Of a DNA stretch of 64,000 nt, positions 25,700 through 38,200 are shown piece after piece (within the stretch, counting starts at the first letter, position 1; every line of letters begins with the position of its first letter). The DNA lies in the NCBI RefSeq assembly GCF_036321535.1, contig NC_087437.1, positions 57,662,001 through 57,726,000 on the forward strand. Reading direction: 5' to 3'. The notes under the pieces are model-generated. The model searched no databases, had not been told where the DNA came from, and worked only from the letters and a program-made list of their open reading frames with translations. The DNA is from Camelus dromedarius (Eukaryota). The translations under genes and the position numbers were made by a program.

Positions 25700-27203
25700 A
25701 CCGCGGCCGCCTGCCCGGCTGGTTCGGCTGGAGCAGTAGCTCCGCAGGAAACTCCAGGCAGGGACGACCGACACCAAGATCAAGGGTGGGACCAAGAGCA
25801 GGGGGCCGCAGGAGTGCCCCTCTTACTGCTCGCCCACCCGCCGAGAGCTCGGGAGCGCCCAGGTGGGGCCAGGCTCCCCGAGCGCAAGGAAGCGCGGCGC
25901 GCTCGGGGCCTCCTCCCCTCCCTTGCGCCCTCCGCTCCCAGACTCTCTTCTCCCTCCCTCCCGTCACCCCTCTCCCCCTTCTCCGTCTTCTGTCTCTCCC
26001 CTTTTCTCTTCTCTACGCAATCCTACGTGATTGAGGTTTGGATGAGAAAATCTTAGAGGCAGAGCGAAGGAACTGCAGCTCGGGTCGGTTCTGTCCCGTC
26101 CCTCCCCCCAAGAGGAAACACAACCACCGGCCGGTTAAAGGACCCTGGGTGCACAAAGGAGGGGTTGGGTGGAGGCGCTGAGAGAAAGCAGTCCGCCCTC
26201 TCTCTGATACGCTAGCGCACAAAGAATTCTCTGTTCAGAGAGGAAAGCAGTGGACACTGGAGAAAGTAACAATGGTCTCTTGGGCCTTCATGTCGAACCC
26301 ACCTTCAGCTCATTTTTGAACAGGTTAAAAAAAAAGTGTTTCCACATCCTAGGAACCCAGATTTCTTGGTTCTTTCTTGTAAACTGCGAAACAGGCTTAG
26401 TCCCTAAAATGAGGGACCAGGTGAACATCCTGCACAGAGAAGAGAATGAATGTTGAGTGAGAGGGTGACTGTGGGCAAGGACAGTCAACAAACAGCTCTG
26501 GAGGGCAGTCAGGTCTCCAGGAGTGCTTGTGATAACAGCTGGATGTAACAGAAAACTCAGCAGAGGAGATAATGTCACCCAAGTTAAAATGCAGCATGAA
26601 AAAAATTATAAATACAAAGGAGTAGTCACCTTCCATTCATGCAAAGGCCTGGAAGTAGCTATTAGTTATACTGAGAATCTCTCCTCAACCAATCTTCAAA
26701 CAGCCCTAATCCCTCCCCTTCACAGACACCTCACCAAGCATCAAAGGGTAGGGCCAAAAGACTTAATGGATGTTTTCCAAGCAGAAACAGGTGTATGTTG
26801 GAAATACCCTAACAGCGGGCAAGGAACATGAAGGCCCTGGAAGCTATTGAAAATGGATATGGGATCTGGAGCGGGCCCAGAAATTCTCTAGATGTGGGAA
26901 CAAACCTGTGGGCCTAACAGAATGAGAAGGATTGAAGCCTGTGAGGTTGTTCAGAGTAAGCACTTTGTTTAACAGCTCCACTGTGTCTGGGGGCCTGGAT
27001 CTTCCCTGCTGCCACTGGGCATAACACAGGCAGACGGGTTTACGGAGCAGACAGCTGGGAGGAGGATTAAATAAGCAAAGCACCCTGAGAAGGGGGAATC
27101 CCAACTGTCAATGAGGAACTCACATCCCCTGCAGCAGTGTGGCTGAATAAGGACAATGAACTTGCGATTCTAACAATGCAGAAGAAGACAAGTGAAAAAG
27201 GTA

Positions 27204-27229
27204 TACACACACACACACACACACACACA
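27204..27229 (+). repeat. (CA)n microsatellite
   Basis: Directly visible. Confidence 0.9.
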
Positions 27230-28740
27230 TGCCCTCTTCTTCAAAAGTGAAGCCAGATGAACATATTTTCAAAAGTGCATCTGGATGTGGTAAGGGAAAT
27301 TACTTAAAATCAATTGGTACCACTGTCAATTAGGGAAATGCTCACATTTCACAGATAAAATTACACATTTTCCTTCCTTGGCTACCAAAGGGCTTGTCTC
27401 ATTCTTGAAGAAGGCAGGCACAAACAGTACTGGCTGCCTTTGGGGGCTCATTGCCTCTTGCAGTTCAACACTCAGAAAGAAAAAAGTCAGCTAAGGTGAG
27501 AAATCCAGAGAAGTGGGCAAGAGAGGGGTACACAGTGAGACCTTGAGGAAATCACTGCTGAGCTCCGAGTCTCCTTCTTATCCTCTAAATGGGAATATTC
27601 ATTCCCATCTACCTCACGGAACTGAATATGTATGTGCAAGCAGTTTGAAAAGTGGAAAATGCCAAATGAGTAAAAGAGATGATGACAGTGTTTATTTTTT
27701 TTTTTAAAGAAAATGCATGATATTCTTCTAGGATGCTTTTTTTAAAGCAGATTCCTAATGCTTTCTCAAATGTGAATCTCTGTGAGTAGAGCCCAGGAAT
27801 TTGAGTTTTTAACATGTTCTTCAAGAGGCAAAGTTTGATATATATATAAAATACAGAATCTCAAAATCTAGCACATTTCTCTAGAACTACAGTCCTATGC
27901 CCACCCAGCCCCTGCCCCCACCAAAACAAGGCCTGGAAAGAGTGTGTTCTCTAATCTTTGAGTGTGTTGATTTTTTTTTTCTGTCAGTTTATGAGATGTG
28001 AAGATGTTTTGATGCAGAAGGTAACCATGCAGCAGTGCAGGATAGCAGAGGAGGATGGCAAAAGGGATGAAAAAGCACATAACAGCTGCTGTTTGAAGTT
28101 TTCTCTGTCATGACATGACAGCATCAAGTTAGGCATTTAAGGAGCAAAATGAAAACAACACTAGCTTTCTGAGAGTGACCTATCCATATCTTTAGATCTC
28201 TACTAAAAGAATGTGGTGTTTTCAATTCAATTAGACAACAAAGACTTGACTTCTTTCCTTGCACTCCTGTAGCTGTTGTCAGGGTGCTTCTTAGCTGTTT
28301 AGCCCTTTCACTGATCATCGGCATCATTTGCTCCATTTCTCCAATGAGAAGAAGAAGTAAATATGGGAAATTTGAGACGTTCTGTACCTATGTACAGGGC
28401 TTTTGAGATTAGAAGCAATACTTAATTTTTTGGTATCTAGAAATTTATGACTTCCTACCTGAGCCACTAAGTCTCATCAGTTTTCCTTCATGGTTACTAG
28501 GACATTTCCAATATCTTTGCATTTGGGGATCAGGAATGAGATGAAATCAACCTACTGATGATTTAATTAAAATAGTCAGGTCATTTTGAAGGGGAGTATC
28601 TTGGGGATAACAGTACCTTGATTATAATGCTCTTTTTTTGAACAACTTGAGAATTTCCATTTACAATTCTGAACACATCACAGGTGGAAGCCATTTGAAT
28701 TACTTGGAGAAAGTTGCCAGATACAACTGAAAAGATAATT

Positions 28741-28818
28741 TATATATATATATATATATACACATATACATATATACACACACACACACATATATATATG
28801 TATATATATATATATATA
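28741..28818 (+). repeat. Compound (TA)n-(CA)n-(TA)n microsatellite
   Basis: Directly visible. Confidence 0.92.
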
Positions 28819-29964
28819 TTTCTGACCTCCCTTCAAACAAATAAAACATAGATAGTCTTAAATGTCTCCATATTTCAAAAGGGAAAAACCGAATGTTTAG
28901 TAGTCTTTCCCTTATTCTTAGGCCAAGTCTTCCAACTCCCGAATCAAACTATTAGAAGCACTGACTGTCATTCACTTGAAACCCTGAATTGGGCACAGAT
29001 TGCATCCAAGGCCCTGTTTCAGTTACCAAGGGGAACTCTATGCACCTCTACATTCTCCTTGCCCTCAGCTAGCTTACAGTTCATGCCATCATGATCTTGA
29101 TGTGGCTCTTGTCTTAATCACCCACTAACTGTATGCACCTGGACAAGTTATTCAATATCTAAAACACATCTGCAAAATATATCAGTGACAAGGGCACTCC
29201 CAGTACCTATCTAACTGGATGGTGCTGCAAGGCTCAAAGAAGATGTGATGATAATGTAAAGCATTCCAATGAGCATGCTGTCATTAAAATATCCACTTAA
29301 CTCAAGGCCTTGCTGTAAAATCCAGACTTCGCAAAACAGGAAAACACACCTTGTGATTCATACATCATCATCATTCACTCCTGGACGTAATGCATTTAAC
29401 GAAGGCTGGAACTCTCCTTGAAATGAATGATTAACCTTGACATTGTAATGGCAAACAAAATTTTCATTAGTAGGGTATTGTCAGTGTCCTTGTCTGTTGG
29501 GAACACAAAGGAGCCTAGCTCTGCTCATACATCATCCTGCTCTGAGATCAGGCCCCTGACTCAAAGCTCGGTGGATATGAGCTCACCAGCCTCTGACACA
29601 GCAAGCCTGACAGGCAGAAGAGGACCTTTTCTCCACAAATGTTACCCACACAACGGCTGCACTTCCATTCCCTTTTCTGTGCCAGATTGTCGGTTAAAAT
29701 AGGTTGGCAAGAGCAATATAAACAATTACTTTCTAATAAATTGTGAGTTCCTTTATGGTGCTTTATTCATCAGTTCAGCAACTGAATTACTACAATATAT
29801 GTTTGGTTTTGATCACCTCTCAAAATAAGAAAGCAATAGATTTAATTCTTCGTTATGACACAGATTAGGGGTAGTGTTCTAATTGCCCAAGGGGAGAAGT
29901 TATCGGTGTTTTAAAAAATGTCTGTTTTAATAAGAAATATAAGGCCTAACTAATGTGAGCCATG

Positions 29965-30170
29965 GCTAAGCTTCCTGCATGGTTCTAAGTGCACTGCAAT
30001 TATTAACACATTAAATCCTTGCAACAACCCTACTCTGTATGTTCTATGATGATCCTCATTTTATAAATGAAGAAACAGGGGCACAGAGAGGGTTAGTTGC
30101 TTGGTCAAGGTGACCCAGTGAAGAATTGTTAGAGTTCAAATGTGACTGGTTTATTTCCAGAGCTTCTCTT
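29965..30170. mobile_element. MIR SINE (one of many; others near 14310, 17140, 17960, 30300, 35300, 38110, 42880, 52690, 54830, 60050)
   Basis: ggttctaagtgc...aaatccttgcaacaacccta...cctcattttataaatgaagaaacaggggcacagagagggttag...ggtcaaggtgacccag is the MIR core. Confidence 0.75.
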
Positions 30171-31069
30171 TTATCTTGTCACATTCTATGTCAATAAAAA
30201 CATGATTCCATGAATAAGTATAATCATATAATACAATTAATAAAATAAGAATGTAATTATCATTTGCATTGACATAGTCTTTTATTGTTTAGTAAATACA
30301 TATTCCCATGTATCATCTCATTGAGGTTCTCAACAACCTTGTGAGGAAAGTTAGGGAGATAATAATAACTCAATTTTACAGACAAATTGAGACTTCAGTA
30401 AGTGATGTAATCTCCCAAGGTCACACAACAGATGAGTGAAGATATAGGGGTTTAATCTAGGCCTTCTGACCTCAATGTCTCTCATGTCCCTAAGGTCACA
30501 TAAAGAAAAACATGGAAATGTTGTATGTCCTTCTATTCACTGACCTCTCATGCTCCGCTAGCAGACTTTCACGTATTGTAAATGACCTTGAAGAGATCAT
30601 TCAGTGCTGAAAAGGAGGGGGACTCAAGTGTCCCAGATCTCCCTCTGCAGCTTTCACCTCTCTCTGGGCCAGGGAGCCAAGATGGTGGTCTTCCCACTCT
30701 TGGCATGAAAGGGTACCCTCTCCTTCTGAGATGGTGGCCTCCAAACACTCTCCTCCTTAGTTCAGTTATTCAAGTTGAGATTCATTAGAAAACTACAGGG
30801 AAACTAAATCAAAATAGAAATTAGAGAAACTTATAAGAGGATAAAGTTATACTTCTTCCATTCCTGTTCCTAAAAAGAAACATACATTGGTTTGGCTTAA
30901 ACCACAGGTTTGGCACTTGGTTATTTTCCTTCCCAGCTGGATGAAGGATGCTAAAAAACCTACCCTAAGTGATTCTCCATCATTTTACCCCTTCTCTAAT
31001 TCCCAGTGTCACTGATCCAGTGATACCCCTTCCTTCTAGATGGGAAAGGTAGCTTGAAGATCCTCATGA

Positions 31070-31195
31070 GAATGTAAAACCCGTAAGGACAGGAAGGTTG
31101 TCTATTTTATTCACTTTCCTATCTCCAGTGCCTAAAATATCATTTAGTATATAGCAGATGCTCAGTAAATACTTGAGTGAATGAATGAATGAATT
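31070..31195 (+). mobile_element. L2 3' end
   Basis: aatgtaa...aggacaggaaggttgtctattttattcact...tatctccagtgcctaaaata...atagcagatgctcagtaaatacttg...gaatgaatgaatgaat. Confidence 0.8.
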
Positions 31196-31319
31196 CACCC
31201 ATCCATCCATCTTTTTAAGGCGGAAGTGAAACATTTATTCTTTTTTTTTTTTTCAAAAAAAATGCAACTTTTTATTGTCTTGGATGCAAATATAGTTTGA
31301 AACACATATCAAGAAACAT

Positions 31320-31463
31320 CAGTATCTTATACTAGCCTTTAATGAAAAAGAACATGAAAATGCATATATGTATATACACGCATGAATGGGACAGTATGTT
31401 GTACACCAGAAATTGATATTTTGTAACTGACTATACTTTGATTAAAAAAAAAGAAAAAAAAAG
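31320..31463 (+). mobile_element. 5'-truncated L1 3' end (same family as 15657-15780)
   Basis: gcctttaatgaaaaagaacatgaaaa...tgttgtacaccagaaattga...ttgtaactgactatacttt plus poly(A). Confidence 0.8.
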
Positions 31464-31687
31464 TAACAAACTCAGCCAATTCAATGGTAGCCTCCACATT
31501 TCCAACTTGATCATTTTGCTTCCTCAATACCCTCTCAAATTATCTGCCTAAATTCAATATATTTATTAAAACTGGATACCCCGAGAGGGTCCGTGGTACC
31601 TAGATTTCTGCTCTGACTAACCTCTACCCCCTATATTTAGGCCTATAGTCTCAGTTCTGACCTCTCCCTCTCTTTTTTTCTCTCAAT

Positions 31688-31688
31688 G

Positions 31689-31730
<42 letters not shown>
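31688..31730 (+). repeat. (CT)n(CA)n compound microsatellite
   Basis: Directly visible. Confidence 0.92.
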
Positions 31731-31733
<3 letters not shown>

Positions 31734-32771
31734 CACATTCACAGAAGAAAAGGAATATAACAAAATGAAAAAAGGGACCATAGATGTCAGATGAAATGAG
31801 TAGTCAATTTTTTTAAGTCTAGAATATGATCAAAATGACCTTAAAATGGTTTGATAATCCTAGTATTCATGCTGGCACCCATCTGTACTGAGCTGCTTTC
31901 TCCATGGACCATTCCTGGTTGCTCTCATTTCTAATTTTAGATTCCAAATTTTCAGAGAATGGATCTTGTTGAAATAGCAGTCTCTTACAGCACCCAGCAC
32001 ATGACTGACACTCAAATTATATTATTAAAATTGTTGTAAATTCATATTTTTATCCTCTATGTGCACATAAAACTGGGTGCTGTTAAAATAACAATCAGTG
32101 AAGGAGCTCACTGACTCTGTGCTTGCAGGGATTTGATACTGAGGAAGATTTTACAGGAAATAACTGACATATACAATCTGGTGAGAGAGGTGACCAGTAA
32201 GGTCATTTCTACTCCTGACTTTTTAGAATTCTCTAAAAATAAAATATAAAGTAGAAAAAATATGTGATTTAGAGGAAATAATCCGTGCTTGCATAAATTT
32301 ACTTGGTCTGAGCCTAAGTTTATTTGCCTGTAAAATGGCCTACATTAGTTAAAATCATATATTGAAAAGACAGCACTGGGTTTTGAAACAAGGAACAGTA
32401 CGAATGAATGAATGAATAAATGGATGGGTAGATGAGTAGATGGATGGATGGATGGATAAAAAGTAGCATCATTCATCTAAAAACCTCTAAATTCACATTG
32501 TGAGGCTAAGCAAAATAGATCAAAATAAAAATAAAAAAATTATTTGGCAAGCTTCCTTTTGGAATGCTAAAGAGACAAACAAGAAAACATTCAAGAATTC
32601 CAGAGTAGTAAGTGAAAGCACTTAGTAAAGTTCTTTGTTATTCACTTAACAATCATTTTCATATAAAGCTATATTCCCCTGTGCTTAATTCTGCCAACTA
32701 ATCTAGCACATGCAACATGAACTCAAGAGGACATTGGTGTAGATGGTTGTATGCTTATACAATCAAAGTCG

Positions 32772-32772
<1 letters not shown>

Positions 32773-32824
<52 letters not shown>
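32773..32824 (+). repeat. (GATA)13 microsatellite
   Basis: Directly visible. Confidence 0.97.
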
Positions 32825-32826
<2 letters not shown>

Positions 32827-34264
32827 AGTATGCATTTCAGTGCTCAGAAATCCAGAAAGGGATAAGATGATTGCATAAAAATATTTATTTAAACAGTATC
32901 TGGAGCAAGAAAGAGCAGTAATATATTTGTAATTTTTGGACAGGATATTAGTATTTAAACTAGCAATAATAGCTGGAAGGGATCTCATGAGGTCATCAGC
33001 CCATTCTAGATAATGTGCACACACTGTAATCACTAGAGACCGTAAGGAAAGAAACTTCTTTAAAAGCAGGCTAGATCATTATCTCTGGTTGGCTGAGTAT
33101 GCTAAGAACACAGCAATGGAGAAGAGGCCCATTCCTGTCTCTTCATGTTGACAGTTCTTCCTCTCATCCCTAAAAAGGAAAAAGACAAGGAAACGGCCAC
33201 AACTGGCTTTTAAAAGATAAGTAACCAGAAGCATTTATTATTTTCTGAGGACAAAAGCCAGGGAAAGAATGTTGACTTTATCTTACAAATAAGTGGATTT
33301 TATTATAAAATTATTCTAAATATGATCTATATCAGATTAGAAACAGAATTTGGGAGTGAGAATCATGACATATATTTTTTGTTCTGGTGAGGATCTAGCA
33401 CTTTACTTTAACTGTAGTAGATACTCTGTAAATGTGTGTTGATTTAATTTTGACTTGAAAGTAATAAACGTTCAGAATGAATAAAAACAGTCTCAAATTT
33501 TACCTTAAGCAAAACCTCAGGCATACTTTTATTAATAGTGATATCACCTTTAGTCTCTGATAGCATCATTTAAGTAGTGGCTATGAAAAAAAAGAAAAAG
33601 AAAAAGAAGTGTCTGATAAAAACAGTGGAAAACACATGGTCTTAATCTGGGAATGTGTTTTCTCTTATCCCACGTGTACATCTAGCAAAGATGCTGAGCT
33701 ACCACTTCCTGATGATGCTACGCTGATAAAATCCTAGTGTAAACCCACAACATTCTCAGAAGGGGAAGGGTTATTCCCTAAAGTGAGTGCAAAGCCATAG
33801 TTTCCGGCACCAGATAAAAAAAGAGACATGAGCTCAGGAAGGCATATTTAACTCAAGGAAGCAGGTATGACTTTCTTATACCTGGATTTTGAGTAATCCA
33901 GCCACACTTAGAGTAGTTCTGACTGCCAAGGGAGATGATTCTCTACCAAACAGAATCAGGCCAGAAACTATATAAGAAAACAATCTCCTGGAGATGCCTA
34001 GGTTACTGGTCTGGAGCTGTGGACCCCAGGGAATGAACCATATCAAGTTATCCAGATAGTAATTGTAAATTATCTCTAAATTGTAATTTCCTTTGTTATA
34101 CATTGGCACTCAGTAAAGTCTTACATTAAAACCCCAATCTTTATTTCAGTCAAGGAAGCACTGGGTTTTCCTTATAGAGTCTTTATATAATTTCAGGCCT
34201 TTTAGTTCAAATCACACAAAGACATCAACTGAAAATTCTGTGTTCAAAGTATAGATTAAATATA

Positions 34265-35243
34265 TTTGATAAAAATTCTCATCTAAAACAAAAAATTAAA
34301 AATAATAATAAAATAAAATAAAACTCTCATCTAAGTGGGTATAGAAGGAACATATCTCAACATAACAAAGGCCTTTATGACAAACCCACAGCTAACATAT
34401 TCAACAGTGAAAAGTTGAAATCCCTCCTGCTAAATTCAGGAACAAAACAAGGATACCCACTCTCACTACTTAACACAGTATCAGAAGCCCTAGCCACAGC
34501 AATCAGGCAATAAAAAGAAATAAAAGACATACAAATTGGAAAAGAAAAAGTAAACCTGTCATTATTTGCAGATAACATGATACTTTATATAGAAAACCCT
34601 AAAGTCTTCAACCAAAACTGTTAGAACTAATAAATGAATTCAGCAAAGTTGCAGGATATAAGATTAATATACAGAAATCTGTTGCTTTTCTATACACTAA
34701 TAATGAACTGTATGAAAGAGAAAGTAAAAAAGCAATCCCATTTAAAGTCACATAAAAAAGAATAAACTACCTAGGAAAAAAACTAACACACACACACACT
34801 GGAATATTACTCAGCCATAAAAAAGAATGAAATTCTGCCATTTGCAGGAACATTGATGGATCTAGAGAATATTATATTATACTTAGTGAAATAAGTCAGA
34901 CAGAGAAAGACAAATACTCTGTTATCACTTATATGTGGAATCTAAAAAAAAAAAAACACGAATATATATAGCAAAACAGAAACAAACTCCAGATATACAA
35001 AACAAACTAGTGGTTACCAGTGAGGAGAGGGAAGTGGGGAGGTTAAGGATACGGGATTAAGAGATACAAACTACTATGTATAAAACAGATAAAGAACAAG
35101 GATATATCATATAGTACAGGGAATTATAACCATTATCATGTAATAACTTTTAATGGAGTATAAACTGTAAAAATATTGAATCACTATGCTGTATTATATT
35201 GAAGCTAATATAATACTGTAAATCAACTATACTTCAATAAAAA
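34265..35243 (+). mobile_element. L1 fragment: ORF2 RT-region piece joined to ORF2 end/3' UTR
   Basis: gaaggaacatatctcaacata...gacaaacccacagctaacat...ttatttgcagataacatga (LFADD-like)...gaattcagcaaagttgcaggata; then ggaatattactcagccataaaaaagaatgaaatt... to aatcaactatacttcaataaaa. Confidence 0.92.
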
Positions 35244-38200
35244 GAGGTATTCGAGGGAAAGGAGGGATATGGTAGGAAAGAGAAGGAAAATAAGACTTAC
35301 TAGACACCTACAATGTGCCAGGCACTACTGGGCTCTATACAGGTTCTTTTACTTAATCCTTACAATAACCCCAGAAGGCCAACATTGTTATTCACAAGTA
35401 CAGTGAGAAAACTGAAGGTCATAAAGGTTAATTAATTGTCAGAAGTATGGATCCAATCAAGAATTCAAATTTAGTTTAGCTGACACCAAATCCAAAGCTC
35501 TTTTCATGACTTTTTAGATGATGGAGCCACAATATGAATTTACAAGGGGACCACTTATACTCTTCAAGTGTTAAAAAAAAAAGTTAAGATAATCTCATGA
35601 GTTAAGGCTACTCAGAATCTAAGCCAGAGGCATCCATGTTATTTATTCACTGGTGATTATGACCTCATTCGAAGTACTAATTTAATAACTAGAGCTAGGG
35701 AAAGAGAAATTGATGAAAGTTGATGTCTATCTTCAAGCATCTGAAAAGTTCTTAATGACAAAAGAAAAGTACCTTGTGTGTCCTGAGGCAAACTTGGATT
35801 CCATCAAGCAGTTATGTACAAGAGAGTGCAGACCAACTATCAAAGAGACTGCTTCACAAAATGGGAAAGTGAGCTTCCCATCATCAGAGACATTCAAGTC
35901 AAGGTAAGGAGCAGAACCACAGGAGGAGGGTTCCGAGAGCTGAAATGGGTATTCTATAAAATAGTTAGAGTCAGCACTGCTGGGGTGGAGAGCGAATGAA
36001 AATCACTACAGGTTACATTCAAGGCAGTACGTAGCAAAACCTTTTTTTTTTTTTAAGTAAGAAAAAGGTAAGGATGAATGAATGGTGAAATGGATTGTTA
36101 GTGGGAAAAGGTGACAGTAAAATGTAGCAAGATTCAAGATTCAAGGAGGCAGTCAAGGGAAGCATACCTGGATAACCCTGGGGAGAAAGCACAGGGTTAA
36201 CACCTCTTTCATAGGGCATGAACATGTATCACAAAGGCTGCATAGCCGATTCAAGGCGCTGCTTTTTAATGAATAGTTGAAAGGGAAAATGGTATTGTTC
36301 CCCTGAGGTGTGGCATCCTAGATTAAGGAGAAGAAAACACATGAACCTATGAAAATGTAAATGGGGAAAGTCCCCCAGGAAAGGCCAGTGTAAAAAGCCC
36401 TTAAGGTGTGAGTCAAAACCACAGTAGATTCTGCAGAGGATGATCACTGCCCCTTCTTCTGGTGTTCTCTGTAGGAAAGATCCCATATTGAGGTAGGAGA
36501 CTTTAAAGTAACCAAAAGTCAATGAGCTTAAAGTGAACAGAGAACCAAAGGAAAAGGATTAGGAGGGCAAAGAATAGTGTTAGCAGCTCTACGATTTCCC
36601 TGCACAGAAGGGCTCCTGCAGGTAAACTGTTAGGCTCCTCGTGGAGAGTGTGAAAATACTGGCTCCGTCTTGCAGATGCACTTTGCTACAAGATTGACAA
36701 CTCCTACTATGAGTAATCACAGAGAAATCTGGAGACTCAATTTACAGTAGAAAGAAGGACATATTTAAATCTATATATACAGTCACAGATTTAATATAGC
36801 ATCTTTGATTTCACTTTTTAGAATGAAAAAAGGAGAATCACAACTCTGGAAAACGCAAAACCAGTTCGAGAAAACTTATTATACTGAGAAAAATTCTTAC
36901 CAAATGATTTGGAACTAAACTTCCCAAAGCACAATCAGGAAGATGGAGAGACATTAGATGGCGGACTGACAATTGTCACATTTATGAAGTTAGGAATTTT
37001 AAGAGGCAACCATCCCACATTCTTATTGATAATTTTAATTTCACTGCATACACAGTATTGTCTTCAAAACTGGTGAGTAAGCATGTATCCCACTAGGAGG
37101 CATTTTTGAGAAGAAAGTTGTGTGACTACAGAAAGGTCATTTAACTTCCATGTTTTAGTTTACTCATCTATAAAATTTGAAAGTTTTAAAAGGATAATTG
37201 ATGATCTATTTGTTTTAACTTTATTAACGGTAGGTTACTTTTGGGAGGGTCCTGGAACCGGGGTGACATTTAGTTTAAGGTATTCTAACAACAAGTCAAA
37301 GAGTACATAATGTAAAGTGTCCGAATATCTTCTATGTGACCAATTATTCGAAAAAGAGAGGACGTTAGGAGCCGTAGCAAAGACTGTCATGAGAATAAAT
37401 GACTCTAATCCCAACAATACTCTCTGAAGCTACTAAATTCTCCCAATTTGGGTCAGACTGGGTTCCCGTATCTCTGAGTGAGCGGGAGTGGTGGCGGAGG
37501 AGGAATGAGAAGCGACAAAGTGGTCTGTTAATCACAGAGATGGCACAAATCAAAGCAAAGCTGCTCATCATGGGTGGAGTTCAGAGGTTGCTGGGTTCCT
37601 TTTCCTGCGTGCAATATCGTAGATGACCATTAACAAGCAGTTTTGTAACAATGCAGATAAAATAAAGGTAATTCTATAGTCAGGAGAGTCAACAGAAGCA
37701 ATCTGTTCCAACAGGGCCTACTCCTAACCTGAGCTGAAATCTCATTTTCATGCTATGTGCTCAATATGGAACCTTAGACCAATTATTCCTCCTAAGTCTC
37801 CATGTTCTTAAACTTAAAATGAGATTAACCAGATGAATGCCAAGGTTCCTTCCTCACCTAAAACCCTACGAGTCTCTGTGTTCACCCACATCATAGCACT
37901 TATGTGAAACAAACTAAGATATTCTCTTTTCTCCTCCTTTTAGCTTCAGGGGAGTGAAATTAAGTAAAGAGTAACCAGTCATCCTTCGCCCCCTGGCCCA
38001 TGGCTAGGTGCCCTCCGTCCCTAGAACTAAACCTGACTGTTTACGTTACCACACAGCACTTCTCTGTAACTCTGGATAAAGGCAATAATGATTAAAGCAA
38101 GTTATTTTTCAGTGCTAATTATTTACCACGAATTGGTCTAAGCACGTTACCAGTATCAACTGATTTAATTCTCACAACAACCCTATGAAGTAGGTATTAA

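Noticed and set aside
25280..26056. 258-aa plus-strand ORF and overlapping 198-, 129- and 123-aa ORFs in 24500-26050
   Set aside because: They lie in the CpG island where stops are rare; low-complexity G/A/P/R composition, several with non-ATG starts, no recognisable domain.
34330..34790. Reverse transcriptase coding potential
   Set aside because: L1 ORF2 remnant with frameshifts and stops and a mutated catalytic motif (FADN).
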